A DNA stretch of 63,970 nucleotides, counting the filler, from Octopus bimaculoides (lineage: Eukaryota), in the NCBI RefSeq assembly GCF_001194135.2. It is 6 parts of 6 records of this genome, joined end to end, with 100 filler letters (N's around TTAATTAATTAA, not from the genome) between each part and the next. Parts side by side here need not be neighbours in the genome. Positions count along the whole stretch, not along the records: positions 1 to 16,766 come from NC_068984.1; positions 16,867 to 46,456 come from NC_069003.1; 4 more parts are not named here. One strand, given 5' to 3'. Below, one piece after another: positions 13,082 to 24,545 of the stretch (positions within the stretch are counted from its first letter, which is position 1; every line of letters starts with the position of its first letter). The notes under the pieces were generated by a model that ran no database searches, had not been told where the DNA came from, and saw only the letters and a list, made by a program, of their open reading frames with translations. A program made the position numbers and the translations under genes.

Positions 13082-13531
13082 TTAAAGCTGTCGCTCATTA
13101 CAAGGTCGTTAGACCACTGAAAACGTAAGAACTTCTAGAACAAAATGGACGCGAGACAGAATTCAATAAATGACGATGTACATTAAACTTAAAAGACTGG
13201 AGGCACATGGCCTGGATGTTTGTGGGGAGGGGGAAAATCGATGACATGGACTCCAGTACTTGACTGGTACTTAATTTATTGACCCCGAAAGGATGAAAGG
13301 CAAAGTCAACCTCGATTTACGCAGAACGTAGCGACAGACGAGATACCGCTAAGCATTTTGCCCGACGTGCTAATGATTCTGCCAGCTCGCCGCCTCTTTG
13401 CTTTTTTAAAGCATTCGCTCGTTACAAGGTCATTAGAACATGAAAATGTAAGAGCTACTAGAACAAAATGGATGCTAGACAGAAGTCAATAGGTGACGAT
13501 GTACATTAGACTTAAAAGACTGGAGGTCATA
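13082..13531. repeat. About 127-bp direct repeat pair flanking a minus-strand SINE A
   Basis: ttaaagc..tcgctc.ttacaaggtc.ttag...gacgatgtacatta.acttaaaagactggagg at 13082-13208 and 13406-13531; SINE A at about 13215-13397. Confidence 0.85.
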
Positions 13532-14492
13532 TTGAAGAGGAAAACAAGACTGTGGAAGGGAATTCGAAAGTTCAGGGATGCGAGGGAAGAAACTGGTTCT
13601 GTAAAGTGCATAACGACGAGAACTGAATGCAAGTCTAGTTGATCGCTGATAAGTTCTTAAACGAGGGACCAGAGAAGAGAGCTTAGCTGAACAATGTCCA
13701 TGATAATACTTATAGAAAAGAGTTCAAATATAACTGAGGTCAACATTACTTCTAGCTCCCTTTCGGGGGTAGATAAAATATATAATTCGACATGAAAGCA
13801 ATGGTTTTGGTGTTATTGATAGAACCTCTATTGCAAGGGTTAGTGTGGTCCTTGGAGTTTTAAGAAGTTCTGTTGTCGACTTAATATGTCTCTAATAATC
13901 TTTTCTTTTATTTGTTTGAGTCATTAGACTGTGGCCATGCTGGGGCACCACCTTCAGGAAATTTTAGTCGAACAAATCAACCCCAGTACTATTATATATA
14001 TNNNNNNNNNNNNNNNNNNNNNNNNNNNNNNNNNNNNNNNNNNNNNNNNNATATATTATATGCAAATGCATTCCTCACACAAAGAATCAGATTAACGCAC
14101 TGTGTCACAAGGTTGGTCTTTTGATTTCCAGATATTATATTCGACAAGAATCCCAGATTATATCACCCCACCTTCACTTGCAATGTTTGTATCATTCCGA
14201 TGCTGCAAAAGAAGATACTTGCTTAAGGTATCCCACCGTGGATTTGAACCTGGGATATCACAGTTTCGAAGCGAATTTTTTTACCTTCTCGGCTCTCTCG
14301 ACGTCCATGCATTTTTTTACTCATACATATACTCCCACACAAATACGTAAACCTATTCAGACATACACTTTCTCTCTCTCTCCTCTCTCCCCCTTCTCTC
14401 TTACTCTCTCGCGCTCTCTCTCTCTTTCACCCATGCACAAACACAGACTCTATGTTTCTCCCCCCCCTCTTGTACTCTTATTCCCCCCAACA

Positions 14493-15300
14493 TTATCTAA
14501 AGAGGTGTTTATATGAAAGGGAGGCTACTGTGAGAGTCCTGCTACCATTATCTGCTTTTCTATGGTTATACCCCCAAACCACACACACATACACACACAC
14601 ACACACACACTTACGCACACCTTATTACATACATATTTTTATATCCGTACCTCCCTCCTTTATCAGTTTCTCGTATATGTCTTTGCTCTTTCTTTCTCTC
14701 ATGTCTACAGAGGTGTCAGGTGAGAGATAGTCAATTATGGGTATTCTATTTCCGTTATCTGCCTCCCTATACGAATACAATCACAAACACATACAGACAG
14801 GCTACACTTACATATATACTCCAACACACACAAACACACACATACACCCCCTCCCTCTCTCCCTCTCTCTCTCCCTCTCTCCCTCTCTCCCTCTGTCTCT
14901 CCGCCCATCTCTTTCTCTCACTATCTCTCTCACCCACAGTTTTTCAGACTGAATTTTGTCTATAGAAGTCTAATATGAAAGAGAGGCTATTATGAATAAC
15001 CCACTTCCGCCCTCTGCTTCTCTCAATACATACACACACACCTCAATACACATAAACTTACACACACACATAAACTTACACACACACATACTCTTTCTTC
15101 CTCACACACACTCACACGCACACATACACACACAAATACCCTGTCTCTTCCTTTCTTTCGCTCTACTTTTCTACTTCTCCTTCTCTCTCTCTCTCTCTCC
15201 TAACCACAGTTTTCCTTACAAAGTCATGTCTATAGAAGTTTGATGTGAAAGCGAGGCTATTACGGATAACCCACTTCCGTTTATCTGTTTTTCTATACAC
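14493..15300. repeat. Four diverged ~60-bp cores separated by (CA)/(CT) microsatellite spacers
   Basis: Core gtcta(c/t)aga(a/g)g...tgaaag.gaggctatta..ataacccacttccg...tctg at about 14493, 14703, 14958 and 15228. Confidence 0.75.
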
Positions 15301-15394
15301 ATACACCAAATCCCACCCCAGATACATACAAAACAACTTCACGCAATCGCCACCTCTTCTCCACTCTCCTATATATCTCTCACTGTCTCGTTCT

Positions 15395-15437
<43 letters not shown>

Positions 15438-16766
15438 GTCTCAATGCTTCAATCGTTCTCTTTATGTATCCAACACTTGCACACTCTCTCCCTTTTTCTC
15501 TGAATTTCTCCTTTTCTATCTTTCAATCATTTTTACATNNNNNNNNNNNNNNNNNNNNNNNNNNNNNNNNNNNNNNNNNNNNNNNNNNNNNNNNNNNNNN
15601 NNNNNNNNNNNNNNNNNNNNNNNNNNNNNNNNNNNNNNNNNNNNNNNNNNNNNNNNNNNNNNNNNNNNNNNNNNNNNNNNNNNNNNNNNNNNNNNNNNNN
15701 NNNNNNNNNNNNNNNNNNNNNNNNNNNNNNNNNNNNNNNNNNNNNNNNNNNNNNNNNNNNNNNNNNNNNNNNNNNNNNNNNNNNNNNNNNNNNNNNNNNN
15801 NNNNNNNNNNNNNNNNNNNNNNNNNNNNNNNNNNNNNNNNNNNNNNNNNNNNNNNNNNNNNNNNNNNNNNNNNNNNNNNNNNNNNNNNNNNNNNNNNNNN
15901 NNNNNNNNNNNNNNNNNNNNNNNNNNNNNNNNNNNNNNNNNNNNNNNNNNNNNNNNNNNNNNNNNNNNNNNNNNNNNNNNNNNNNNNNNNNNNNNNNNNN
16001 NNNNNNNNNNNNNNNNNNNNNNNNNNNNNNNNNNNNNNNNNNNNNNNNNNNNNNNNNNNNNNNNNNNNNNNNNNNNNNNNNNNNNNNNNNNNNNNNNNNN
16101 NNNNNNNNNNNNNNNNNNNNNNNNNNNNNNNNNNNNNNNNNNNNNNNNNNNNNNNNNNNNNNNNNNNNNNNNNNNNNNNNNNNNNNNNNNNNNNNNNNNN
16201 NNNNNNNNNNNNNNNNNNNNNNNNNNNNNNNNNNNNNNNNNNNNNNNNNNNNNNNNNNNNNNNNNNNNNNNNNNNNNNNNNNNNNNNNNNNNNNNNNNNN
16301 NNNNNNNNNNNNNNNNNNNNNNNNNNNNNNTATATATATATATATATATGCATATATATATATATGTATACATATATATGCATATATATATATATGTATA
16401 TATATATCTTTTGATTCCTATATACATCCCATCTATAACACATTTTCTTCTACACCTCACCCGTCTCCATCTCAACTCACTACAAGCTCTCATTCCCTTC
16501 ATTTCTCTCTCTCTCTCTTTCACTTTCTCCCCACATTCTCACTCTTTCTAACCCTTTCTCCCAATCTCTTCCAGCATCGACTCTCTCATTCTACCCCCTT
16601 TTTTTTTTCGACCACCCTACTATCCACCCCGCCTCTAACCAACGGAGCCAAATACCACCGGCCCGCTTGCCAACGATCACCTCACCCCCTCTCTTCAATT
16701 TCCTCTCCCTACTCACCGCCTCCTTACTCTCTAAATCTCATTACTTCTCACGCCACCACCACGTCC

Positions 16767-16866
16767 NNNNNNNNNNNNNNNNNNNNNNNNNNNNNNNNNN
16801 NNNNNNNNNNTTAATTAATTAANNNNNNNNNNNNNNNNNNNNNNNNNNNNNNNNNNNNNNNNNNNN
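16767..16866. other. Artificial 100-bp scaffold-join spacer
   Basis: Exactly 44 N + TTAATTAATTAA (palindrome, stop in all six frames) + 44 N; identical at five sites. Confidence 0.95.
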
Positions 16867-16917
<51 letters not shown>

Positions 16918-17495
16918 TATATATAATGCTAATGCTGCTTCATAATAGTCCTTATAATTACTGATATTGAATACTTCAAGAAACTTATATGGTTAAGGTA
17001 ATCTATTCAGAATTGTCTGATGAAATGTATCTCTAAATTCTTATCTTAGACTTATTATTGGATTTACATACCAACTGTTGTATAACCTATTTTGAGTACC
17101 TAACTGAGCAAACCGGTAAACGTTTGGAGAAGTCTCTTTCCAATCACCAATATATATATATATATATCCCAGCATGGAAGGTGGACATTAAATAATGATA
17201 TGTGTGTTTGAATATGTATATATATACACACACATATTTATTTAGAAATACGTATTGTAGTTGAGTCTCAGATCTGTTCTGATCAAGCAAAAGTGTTCAA
17301 GCTGTGACCATCACATCTTTATGTATAGCTGTCATTATGTTATCCGCCATTGTCAGTTTGTTTTAAGGTAATAAGTTGTGATTTGAGGGAGATTCTGTTG
17401 CTATTTCTGGGGAACACGGAAAAATTGACTTTCAGATGATGTACATACATACAATGTAAATAATGCATATATGATTGTTTTAATTTTGCGTACAG

Positions 17496-17640
17496 AGTGG
17501 CCACTCAAGAGAACACAATTGAACAACTCCAAAATGATGTCCAACAGCTTGAGTCAAGTGTAGCTGCTCAGCTTGCCAAAAACCAGCAGAACTCGGATCA
17601 AATTAGATCTTGGCAGAAACGGTGCTACAGATTATCAGCA
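17496..17640 (+). CDS. MAD1L1: MAD1L1 internal exon A (145 nt, starts phase 2, ends phase 0)
   Basis: ttttgcgtacag acceptor and GCA|gtaaat donor. Encodes VATQENTIEQLQNDVQQLESSVAAQLAKNQQNSDQIRSWQKRCYRLSA, a coiled coil whose end resembles human MAD1 ARRLQKRVLLLTK. Splices in frame to exon B. Confidence 0.85.
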
Positions 17641-18394
17641 GTAAATATGTCCTTATTATCAAACATTCATTAGTTTGCCATTCAGTGTTTTCACTCTGCT
17701 CCTTGTTACATTCTGCATTTGTTTTCTTTGCTCACCTCTCTGACTCTCAGTGGAGTTAATATTTGTGATTGTCACCTTATTGTTATCATATTTCTGTTGA
17801 AATACCCTCTCTTTATTCAATTAATTTTGAAAAATAATGAATTTAATAAAGTAACTTTGTCATTATCAAACTGATAAATTAATATAAAATTTTAATGGAA
17901 AGTTTTGATTTAAACATGAATTTAGTATCATTGAACCAGGGTCAGTATCAAGTAGGTTACAGATCATTGAACCCTGTTGTTACCATATTTCTGTTGAAAC
18001 ATACTGCCTTTGTTTCAATTAATTTTGAAAATATAGCATAATTTAGTAAAATAAAGTTGGCAGTACTTTTAATCTGATTTTTGGAACATAAATTAACATG
18101 AAATTTCAATGACAGTTTTAATTTAAATCACTTTAAAACAGGAAGTTTGTACCATAGAATCAGGGTTGGTATCAAAAGGGTTAACTTAGTATTCATTGTT
18201 GTTTGTTTTGTAGCAAATGCAGCAAACTTCTTCACACACTTCCATTTGTCATGATCATCCTTACTGTTTTTCATCATCATCATCATCATCATAATCATAC
18301 AACGTTTTCCATGTTGGCATTGGTTGGGTAGATTGATAGGAGCTTGGCAATATATGTATGTCAAATAGGGAGATATTCCTGCCTTAGCACTTTC

Positions 18395-19700
18395 CTCTAT
18401 TTATTTTGCTGCATTGCTTTGGTATGCTTTCAGGGATTGCAACAGGGAAATCAGAATCAGATTTCGGACATCTGGTTGCATTTTTAATTTGACCTGGTTT
18501 AACTGCAAAGCAAAGACTTTCAAAATACTTGTTAGAGAATTACTTTATGTTGATGATGCTGATTTGTTGGCACACTCAGAGGGGGATATACAACATATAA
18601 TGGACAGATTTTCCACTGCATGCGTACATTTTGGACTCACAATTAGTCTGGGGAAAACCAAAGCAATGTTTACTTCTGTGCCAGTAGAGACATATTCTGA
18701 ACCAAACATTTTTGTGAACAGCACAAGGTTAGAAGTCATTGACACCTTTGTTTACCTTGGAAGCACGCTGTCAAGAGATGGTGGTCTTGATGCAGAGATT
18801 ATACTATCGAATAGGGAAGGAAGTGTTGCATTTGGAAACTTGAAAAGCGAGTATGGGCAGATAAAGATATTTCCCTGCAGACAAAAATCAGTGTCTATAA
18901 AACGTGTGTATTGACTGCACTTCTTTATTCAAGTGAGACATAGACCATTTTTAAGCGTCATATAAGAATGCTGGAGAGATTTCATCAAAAGTGCTCAGAC
19001 ATACCCTAGGAGTCAAGTGGGAATGTTTCATACCAGATGCAGAAGTTTTGTGCATGGCACATTGTAGCTCAGTTGAACAATGTTATCTTGGCTCAAATGA
19101 GATGGACTGGACATGTTATTAGAATGAAAGATAAGCGATTTCCAAAGCGTCTTTTTTTATGTTGAGCTCAACTCTGGTAAGCGACCACAATATAATCCAA
19201 GGAAAAGGTATAGAGACTGTGAAGGAAAACCTGAAAAAACAAGATATGAACAAAAGTGGTTGGAAAAATGATGTTATGGATCAGAACAAGTTGAGAGGTG
19301 CTGTTAGGACTGGTTGTAATGCCTGGGAGGAAAAGATGATTCAGCACTTTGAGCTTAAAGGGGCCTGCCTCAAAGGAACAATTGGAACTGTAATGAACAG
19401 TGAGCATTGGATATCTATTATATGTGATCATGTTCTGTTGTCTAAACCAGGATATGTGAATCATATGAAGTCACATGAAAATCGAAATGCCCAGATAGGT
19501 AATAATCTTGTACACCAAACGCCTCTTACGACTTGTGTCATATGTCACAAAACTTGTAAGACAATATCTAAGCTTAAAAGACACATGCTAGTTCACAAAA
19601 ACATTCCTTCAGAATCAGATTTCAAAGGGTACAGATGTGGAAGAAACTTGAATAATATCTGTCACTTGGAGTGTGGGATGGCGATCATCTGTCAAAATGA
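18395..19700 (+). mobile_element. RTE (BovB-like) LINE, 3' half, decayed, with C-terminal C2H2 fingers
   Basis: IRFRTSGCIFNL..., ELLYVDDADLLAHSE (YADD), FVYLGSTLSRDG, RWTGHVIRM-like segment, then S/C-IIC-x12-HMKSH and CVIC-x12-HMLVH; several frameshifts and stops. Confidence 0.9.
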
Positions 19701-19813
19701 AGCAATCATCCTGTATGTGTTTATATATCTATGCATATATATATGTGTATGTATGTATGTGTGTATGTATGTATGTGTGTGTATGTATGTATATATATGT
19801 GTGTGTGTATGTA

Positions 19814-19861
<48 letters not shown>

Positions 19862-19904
19862 TATATAGATATATATGTGTGTATGTGTATATATTTTCTT
19901 TCCT

Positions 19905-20055
19905 TGTTTCTTTCTGTGTTCCTTTCTGTGGAAGAGTGTAGGCTCGAAACGTTAAAGACTTTTTCACTTCTCAAGCGTTAAACTAATACATCTGTTTGTT
20001 GTCTACACCACCTGTCTTCATCTTTTGTTTTTTTTTTGTTGTCAACTCTCCCTAT
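19905..20055 (+). repeat. Short interspersed repeat family C, copy 3
   Basis: cctttctgtggaagagtgtaggctcgaaacgttaaagac...ctccctatatata; reverse complement of copies 1 and 2. Confidence 0.8.
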
Positions 20056-20531
20056 ATATATATGTATGTATATATGTGTGTGTATAGATATATATGTGTG
20101 TATATATGTATGTGTATATATATGTAGATACATATATGTATGTGGATATGTATGTGTATTTGCTAGAAATAGGAGCTAACACTCCAAAACCACCAATTTC
20201 TCGCTGTTGGAATGCATACGGTGAATGCACAAATATAACAGAAATGGGCTTACCTTGTGTGAACTACAGAAGCAAGAAAAACAGAAATTCTGTTATATTC
20301 GTTGCATCCACCACGAATATTTTAATTGTGGGAAGTTTGTGGTTTTGGAGTGTTACCTCCTATTTCTAGCTAGTGGTATTCTGATACCCTCATTAATTTA
20401 TATGTATATTTTACCTAAATAGTTTAAAACTTGCTGATCACTTTATTATTGTTATTATTATTAAGGGTAATAATACTTTATTTAATTTTATATGTATGTA
20501 TGTGTATATATGTATATGTATTATGTTTATA

Positions 20532-20578
<47 letters not shown>

Positions 20579-20609
20579 AAGAATAAATGAAGCAAGATGC
20601 ATATAATAA

Positions 20610-21760
20610 ATAAGTTCCTTTAATTCCAACACATGTTTCGAAAATTACATGCATTCTATTCCAAAGGAATAAAAGATGTTTTTATAAATGTAATTTTCTC
20701 TTCAGGGAATAATCCTTTGAACTCAAGATCTATACCGAATGTGAAGATTACGTATTTGGAAGAATGCTACATAGCTAAGTTTAAAAAGACCGCTGGATTT
20801 TAGAACGCTAGGTTACAGGATGTAGTATTAGGTGGAAAGTGATGAATGGTACAATTGGAGTTTAAATTAAATAGAAGCCATAATAAACCTCAAAAAATTC
20901 TAAATAATAAATTAAGTGTTTGATAAATCACATATGTAAGTGGAAAGAAAAAGGGAAATAGTCAGTGAATTTGCATTTAGACTGTATGTTTACGTTTAAA
21001 TCCTTGTAAATAACGTGTAGTAATAAAGTTGCTTATAATGTGAATTGTTAATATGGGTAACTTATAATAGTGAATCAAAGTAATTACTGTAATTAACCTA
21101 AGTAAATGGCAATACATATTATGTAGTAATAAAAGATTAAAATACATGAAGAAATGGATTTGCAATAAATACATATTTAAGTGCATATTAAAACTAAATC
21201 AGAATTATCCGTTAGAAATAATGTGCATCCTTAAAAGCAGAACTCAATATTAGACAGAATATAGAAGTTATGTACGAGTAGAAAAAGAATATCTTAAAGT
21301 ATAAGTATAGAATAATTTAAAACGAGATTTGAGAGAGATGTACAAAGGGAAGTAATCATGTATTTTAATTTATTATATTACTTACGAAAACCAGATCGTT
21401 AATATATATGTAAGTATATACGTAAGCTATTTGAATATGAAACTATTTTACAAAGAGGAAAAAAGTAAGAAAAATAATGAGTATTGATAAAAGAAGCTTA
21501 GTGTGCTATTTCGTGTGCTATTAAAATAAATTATAGTAAAGGATCCATATTTAAGGTGTAAGTTAATGAATAGAATGAAGGAGGATTAATTTAATTTGCT
21601 TGTTAATGTTAGGTCTATATAAGTGATTAAAAACCTTAATCCACTTACGCGTTTCCTAATTCCTAAAGTATTACTGTTCTTGGAGTAGAACAATCTGTAC
21701 TAACTTGAGAAGGATAGTGTGTAGGACCAGCTAGTATTGGAAATAGTTATAATTATTATT
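20610..21760 (-). mobile_element. Probable Penelope-like element remnant (AT-rich terminal/5' region)
   Basis: Hammerhead at its end; decayed minus frame HIISNFITTRYLQGFKRKH; no RT or GIY-YIG motif visible. Confidence 0.4.
20623..20710 (-). ncRNA. Minimal type I hammerhead ribozyme motif (Penelope-type)
   Basis: Minus strand: ATTCC-CTGAAGA-GAAAATTACAT-[37 nt]-ATGTAATTTTC-GAAA-CATGTG-TT-GGAAT. 5-bp stem I, perfect 11-bp stem II, near-palindromic stem III, intact CUGANGA/GAAA core. Confidence 0.75.
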
Positions 21761-21872
21761 ATTGATGATATTATTATTATTGTTATTATTATTATTGTTA
21801 CTATTATTATTGTAGTAATAATAATAATAATAATAATTATTATTATTATTATTATTATTATTATCATTATTT
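21755..21872. repeat. (TAT/TAA)n microsatellite
   Basis: attattatt and taataataa runs. Confidence 0.9.
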
Positions 21873-22139
21873 AGGAGTTGGATATTTGTGATAATAATAC
21901 ATAATAAAAGGAACCCTATGTGTATAGATAATTAGAACAGGTTAGACAAACTAAAAGTAATATTAATGTTAAATTGATATTAAAGTTATGGTCGTGTCTC
22001 TACAATGCAGAAGTGCTGCATTAACATATATGGATACTAAGGTGGGAAATGAACTGAAAATATATAAAGTTATAATTAACTTGAATATATTTGATTATAA
22101 AACCAAAAGATGAAAAAAATAATAAACAATAATAAAAAT

Positions 22140-22470
22140 AAAAATCTAATCTTAAGTACTCTGTCACATATTCCGACTACCTCGATTACCTTATCAACCC
22201 ATTTCTCTGCTAGGAGTATTCCCACGCCCCCAACCCCGTCAGTGTTCCCTACCCAGAAAATCTTGTACCTTTGTTCTTTGCCTGTGAGGAATCTCGCGGA
22301 GCCTCCTCTCCATCTTACATGGATGTAGCACAAATCTACCTGTTTCCGTTCAAGCATCTCAACAATCTCACCAAACCTACCTTTCAGTGTGCCGACGTTG
22401 AGAGTGCCAATTCTGACGGTGTCGGAGGAGTGGGCCTGTGTGACCCTGGGATGGGGAAAAGCAGTGTTGT
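22140..22470 (-). mobile_element. RTE LINE apurinic-endonuclease N-terminal fragment
   Basis: VRIGTLNVGTLKGRFGEIVEMLERKQVDLCYIHVRWRGGSARF...GVGGVGILLAEKWVDKVIEV. Confidence 0.88.
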
Positions 22471-23582
22471 GTACCTGAAAAGAAAGCTTGCATTTGTCAG
22501 AATACATAAACAAAACAATACCTACAACCTGCATACACTACACAATCTTTATGCACTAAAAGGTCGATAAGAGGGAGTGGGGTGGTATAAGGCCTCTAAG
22601 AGTGTTCGCGGGTACTGGTGGNNNNNNNNNNNNNNNNNNNNNNNNNNNNNNNNNNNNNNNNNNNNNNNNNNNNNNNNNNNNNNNNNNNNNNNNNNNNNNN
22701 NNNNNNNNNNNNNNNNNNNNNNNNNNNNNNNNNNNNNNNNNNNNNNNNNNNNNNNNNNNNNNNNNNNNNNNNNNNNNNNNNNNNNNNNNNNNNNNNNNNN
22801 NNNNNNNNNNNNNNNNNNNNNNNNNNNNNNNNNNNNNNNNNNNNNNNNNNNNNNNNNNNNNNNNNNNNNNNNNNNNNNNNNNNNNNNNNNNNNNNNNNNN
22901 NNNNNNNNNNNNNNNNNNNNNNNNNNNNNNNNNNNNNNNNNNNNNNNNNNNNNNNNNNNNNNNNNNNNNNNNNNNNNNNNNNNNNNNNNNNNNNNNNNNN
23001 NNNNNNNNNNNNNNNNNNNNNNNNNNNNNNNNNNNNNNNNNNNNNNNNNNNNNNNNNNNNNNNNNNNNNNNNNNNNNNNNNNNNNNNNNNNNNNNNNNNN
23101 NNNNNNNNNNNNNNNNNNNNNNNNNNNNNNNNNNNNNNNNNNNNNNNNNNNNNNNNNNNNNNNNNNNNNNNNNNNNNNNNNNNNNNNNNNNNNNNNNNNN
23201 NNNNNNNNNNNNNNNNNNNNNNNNNNNNNNNNNNNNNNNNNNNNNNNNNNNNNNNNNNNNNNNNNNNNNNNNNNNNNNNNNNNNNNNNNNNNNNNNNNNN
23301 NNNNNNNNNNNNNNNNNNNNNNNNNNNNNNNNNNNNNNNNNNNNNNNNNNNNNNNNNNNNNNNNNNNNNNNNNNNNNNNNNNNNNNNNNNNNNNNNNNNN
23401 NNNNNNNNNNNNNNNNNNNNNNNNNNNNNNNNNNNNNNNNNNNNNNNNNNNNNNNNNNNNNNNNNNNNNNNNNNNNNNNNNNNNNNNNNNNNNNNNNNNN
23501 NNNNNNNNNNNNNNNNNNNNNNNNNNNNNNNNNNNNNNNNNNNNNNNNNNNNNNNNNNNNNNNNNNNNNNNNATATAAATAT

Positions 23583-24170
23583 ATAGTTATGTGGAGAATG
23601 GAGAAACAAACACAAGAAGAAGCAATTCGACTGGGCTAGTTAGCCATTGTTTTAATTATGTGGAGATTATATAATGACTCATTTACGCACGTTTCAATTT
23701 GCCAAATTGTTTGGCAGATCTCTTCAGAATGTTGAGGAGTATGTTAGAGTTCATGGTGTGAGAGATGTAGGAGGAACAATTAGTGGATATATTAATGCAT
23801 ATGGTGGTATAAGAATAGTGTTAGGTAAAGATAGTCTTACATTTTAGTTGAAGTTGTGTTAGTCTTTCTGGAGGGGGAGGTAGGATGGGTGCTATTTAAG
23901 CTCATAGTTCCGATTTTAATTAGATGCATTTCCCATGTGTTGTTATTAGAATGGAGGTGCGCGTTGTTTATTTTTAGCACCGGCTTCTTGTGTTTGTTTC
24001 TCCATTCTCCACATAACTATAATTATAAACTGCGGTTTAAACAATAAACTACCTGCCTCTGGATACCTTCTAACGAAGACGGTACCCACACAAGTAATTC
24101 CCAGGAGTGCCTCCGGATTTAAACATCCCCTGGTTGCTTGGATACTTCAGACTACCCCTGAAATATTGAA
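23583..24170 (-). mobile_element. Probable Penelope-like terminal region with 37-bp inverted duplication
   Basis: Perfect inverted repeat at 23583-23619 / 23984-24020 enclosing a hammerhead motif. Confidence 0.5.
23680..23731 (-). ncRNA. Minimal type I hammerhead ribozyme motif (Penelope-type)
   Basis: Minus strand: CATT-CTGAAGA-GATCTGCCAAA-CAA-TTTGGCAAATT-GAAA-CGTGCG-TA-AATG. 4-bp stem I, 11-position stem II (one G.U, one mismatch), near-palindromic stem III, GUA cleavage triplet. Confidence 0.8.
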
Positions 24171-24545
24171 GCAATCCTANNNNNNNNNNNNNNNNNNNNN
24201 NNNNNNNNNNNNNNNNNNNNNNNNNNNNNNNNNNNNNNNNNNNNNNNNNNNNNNNNNNNNNNNNNNNNNNNNNNNNNNNNNNNNNNNNNNNNNNNNNNNN
24301 NNNNNNNNNNNNNNNNNNNNNNNNNNNNNNNNNNNNNNNNNNNNNNNNNNNNNNNNNNNNNNNNNNNNNNNNNNNNNNNNNNNNNNNNNNNNNNNNNNNN
24401 NNNNNNNNNNNNNNNNNNNNNNNNNNNNNNNNATCTATATATATATATATGTTTATATATATATTTTTATATACAAAATATGGGAGTTTAGTTCACAGGT
24501 GGTAATTACTAAGTGCGCTAGGTAAGTGCCTTAATGGATTACTAG

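Noticed and set aside
14493-15300. CRISPR-like array
   Set aside because: Eukaryotic context, cores too divergent, spacers are microsatellites of unequal length, and no cas genes.
17017-17140. Hammerhead at CTGATGA 17017
   Set aside because: No stem II followed by GAAA and no stem I or III.
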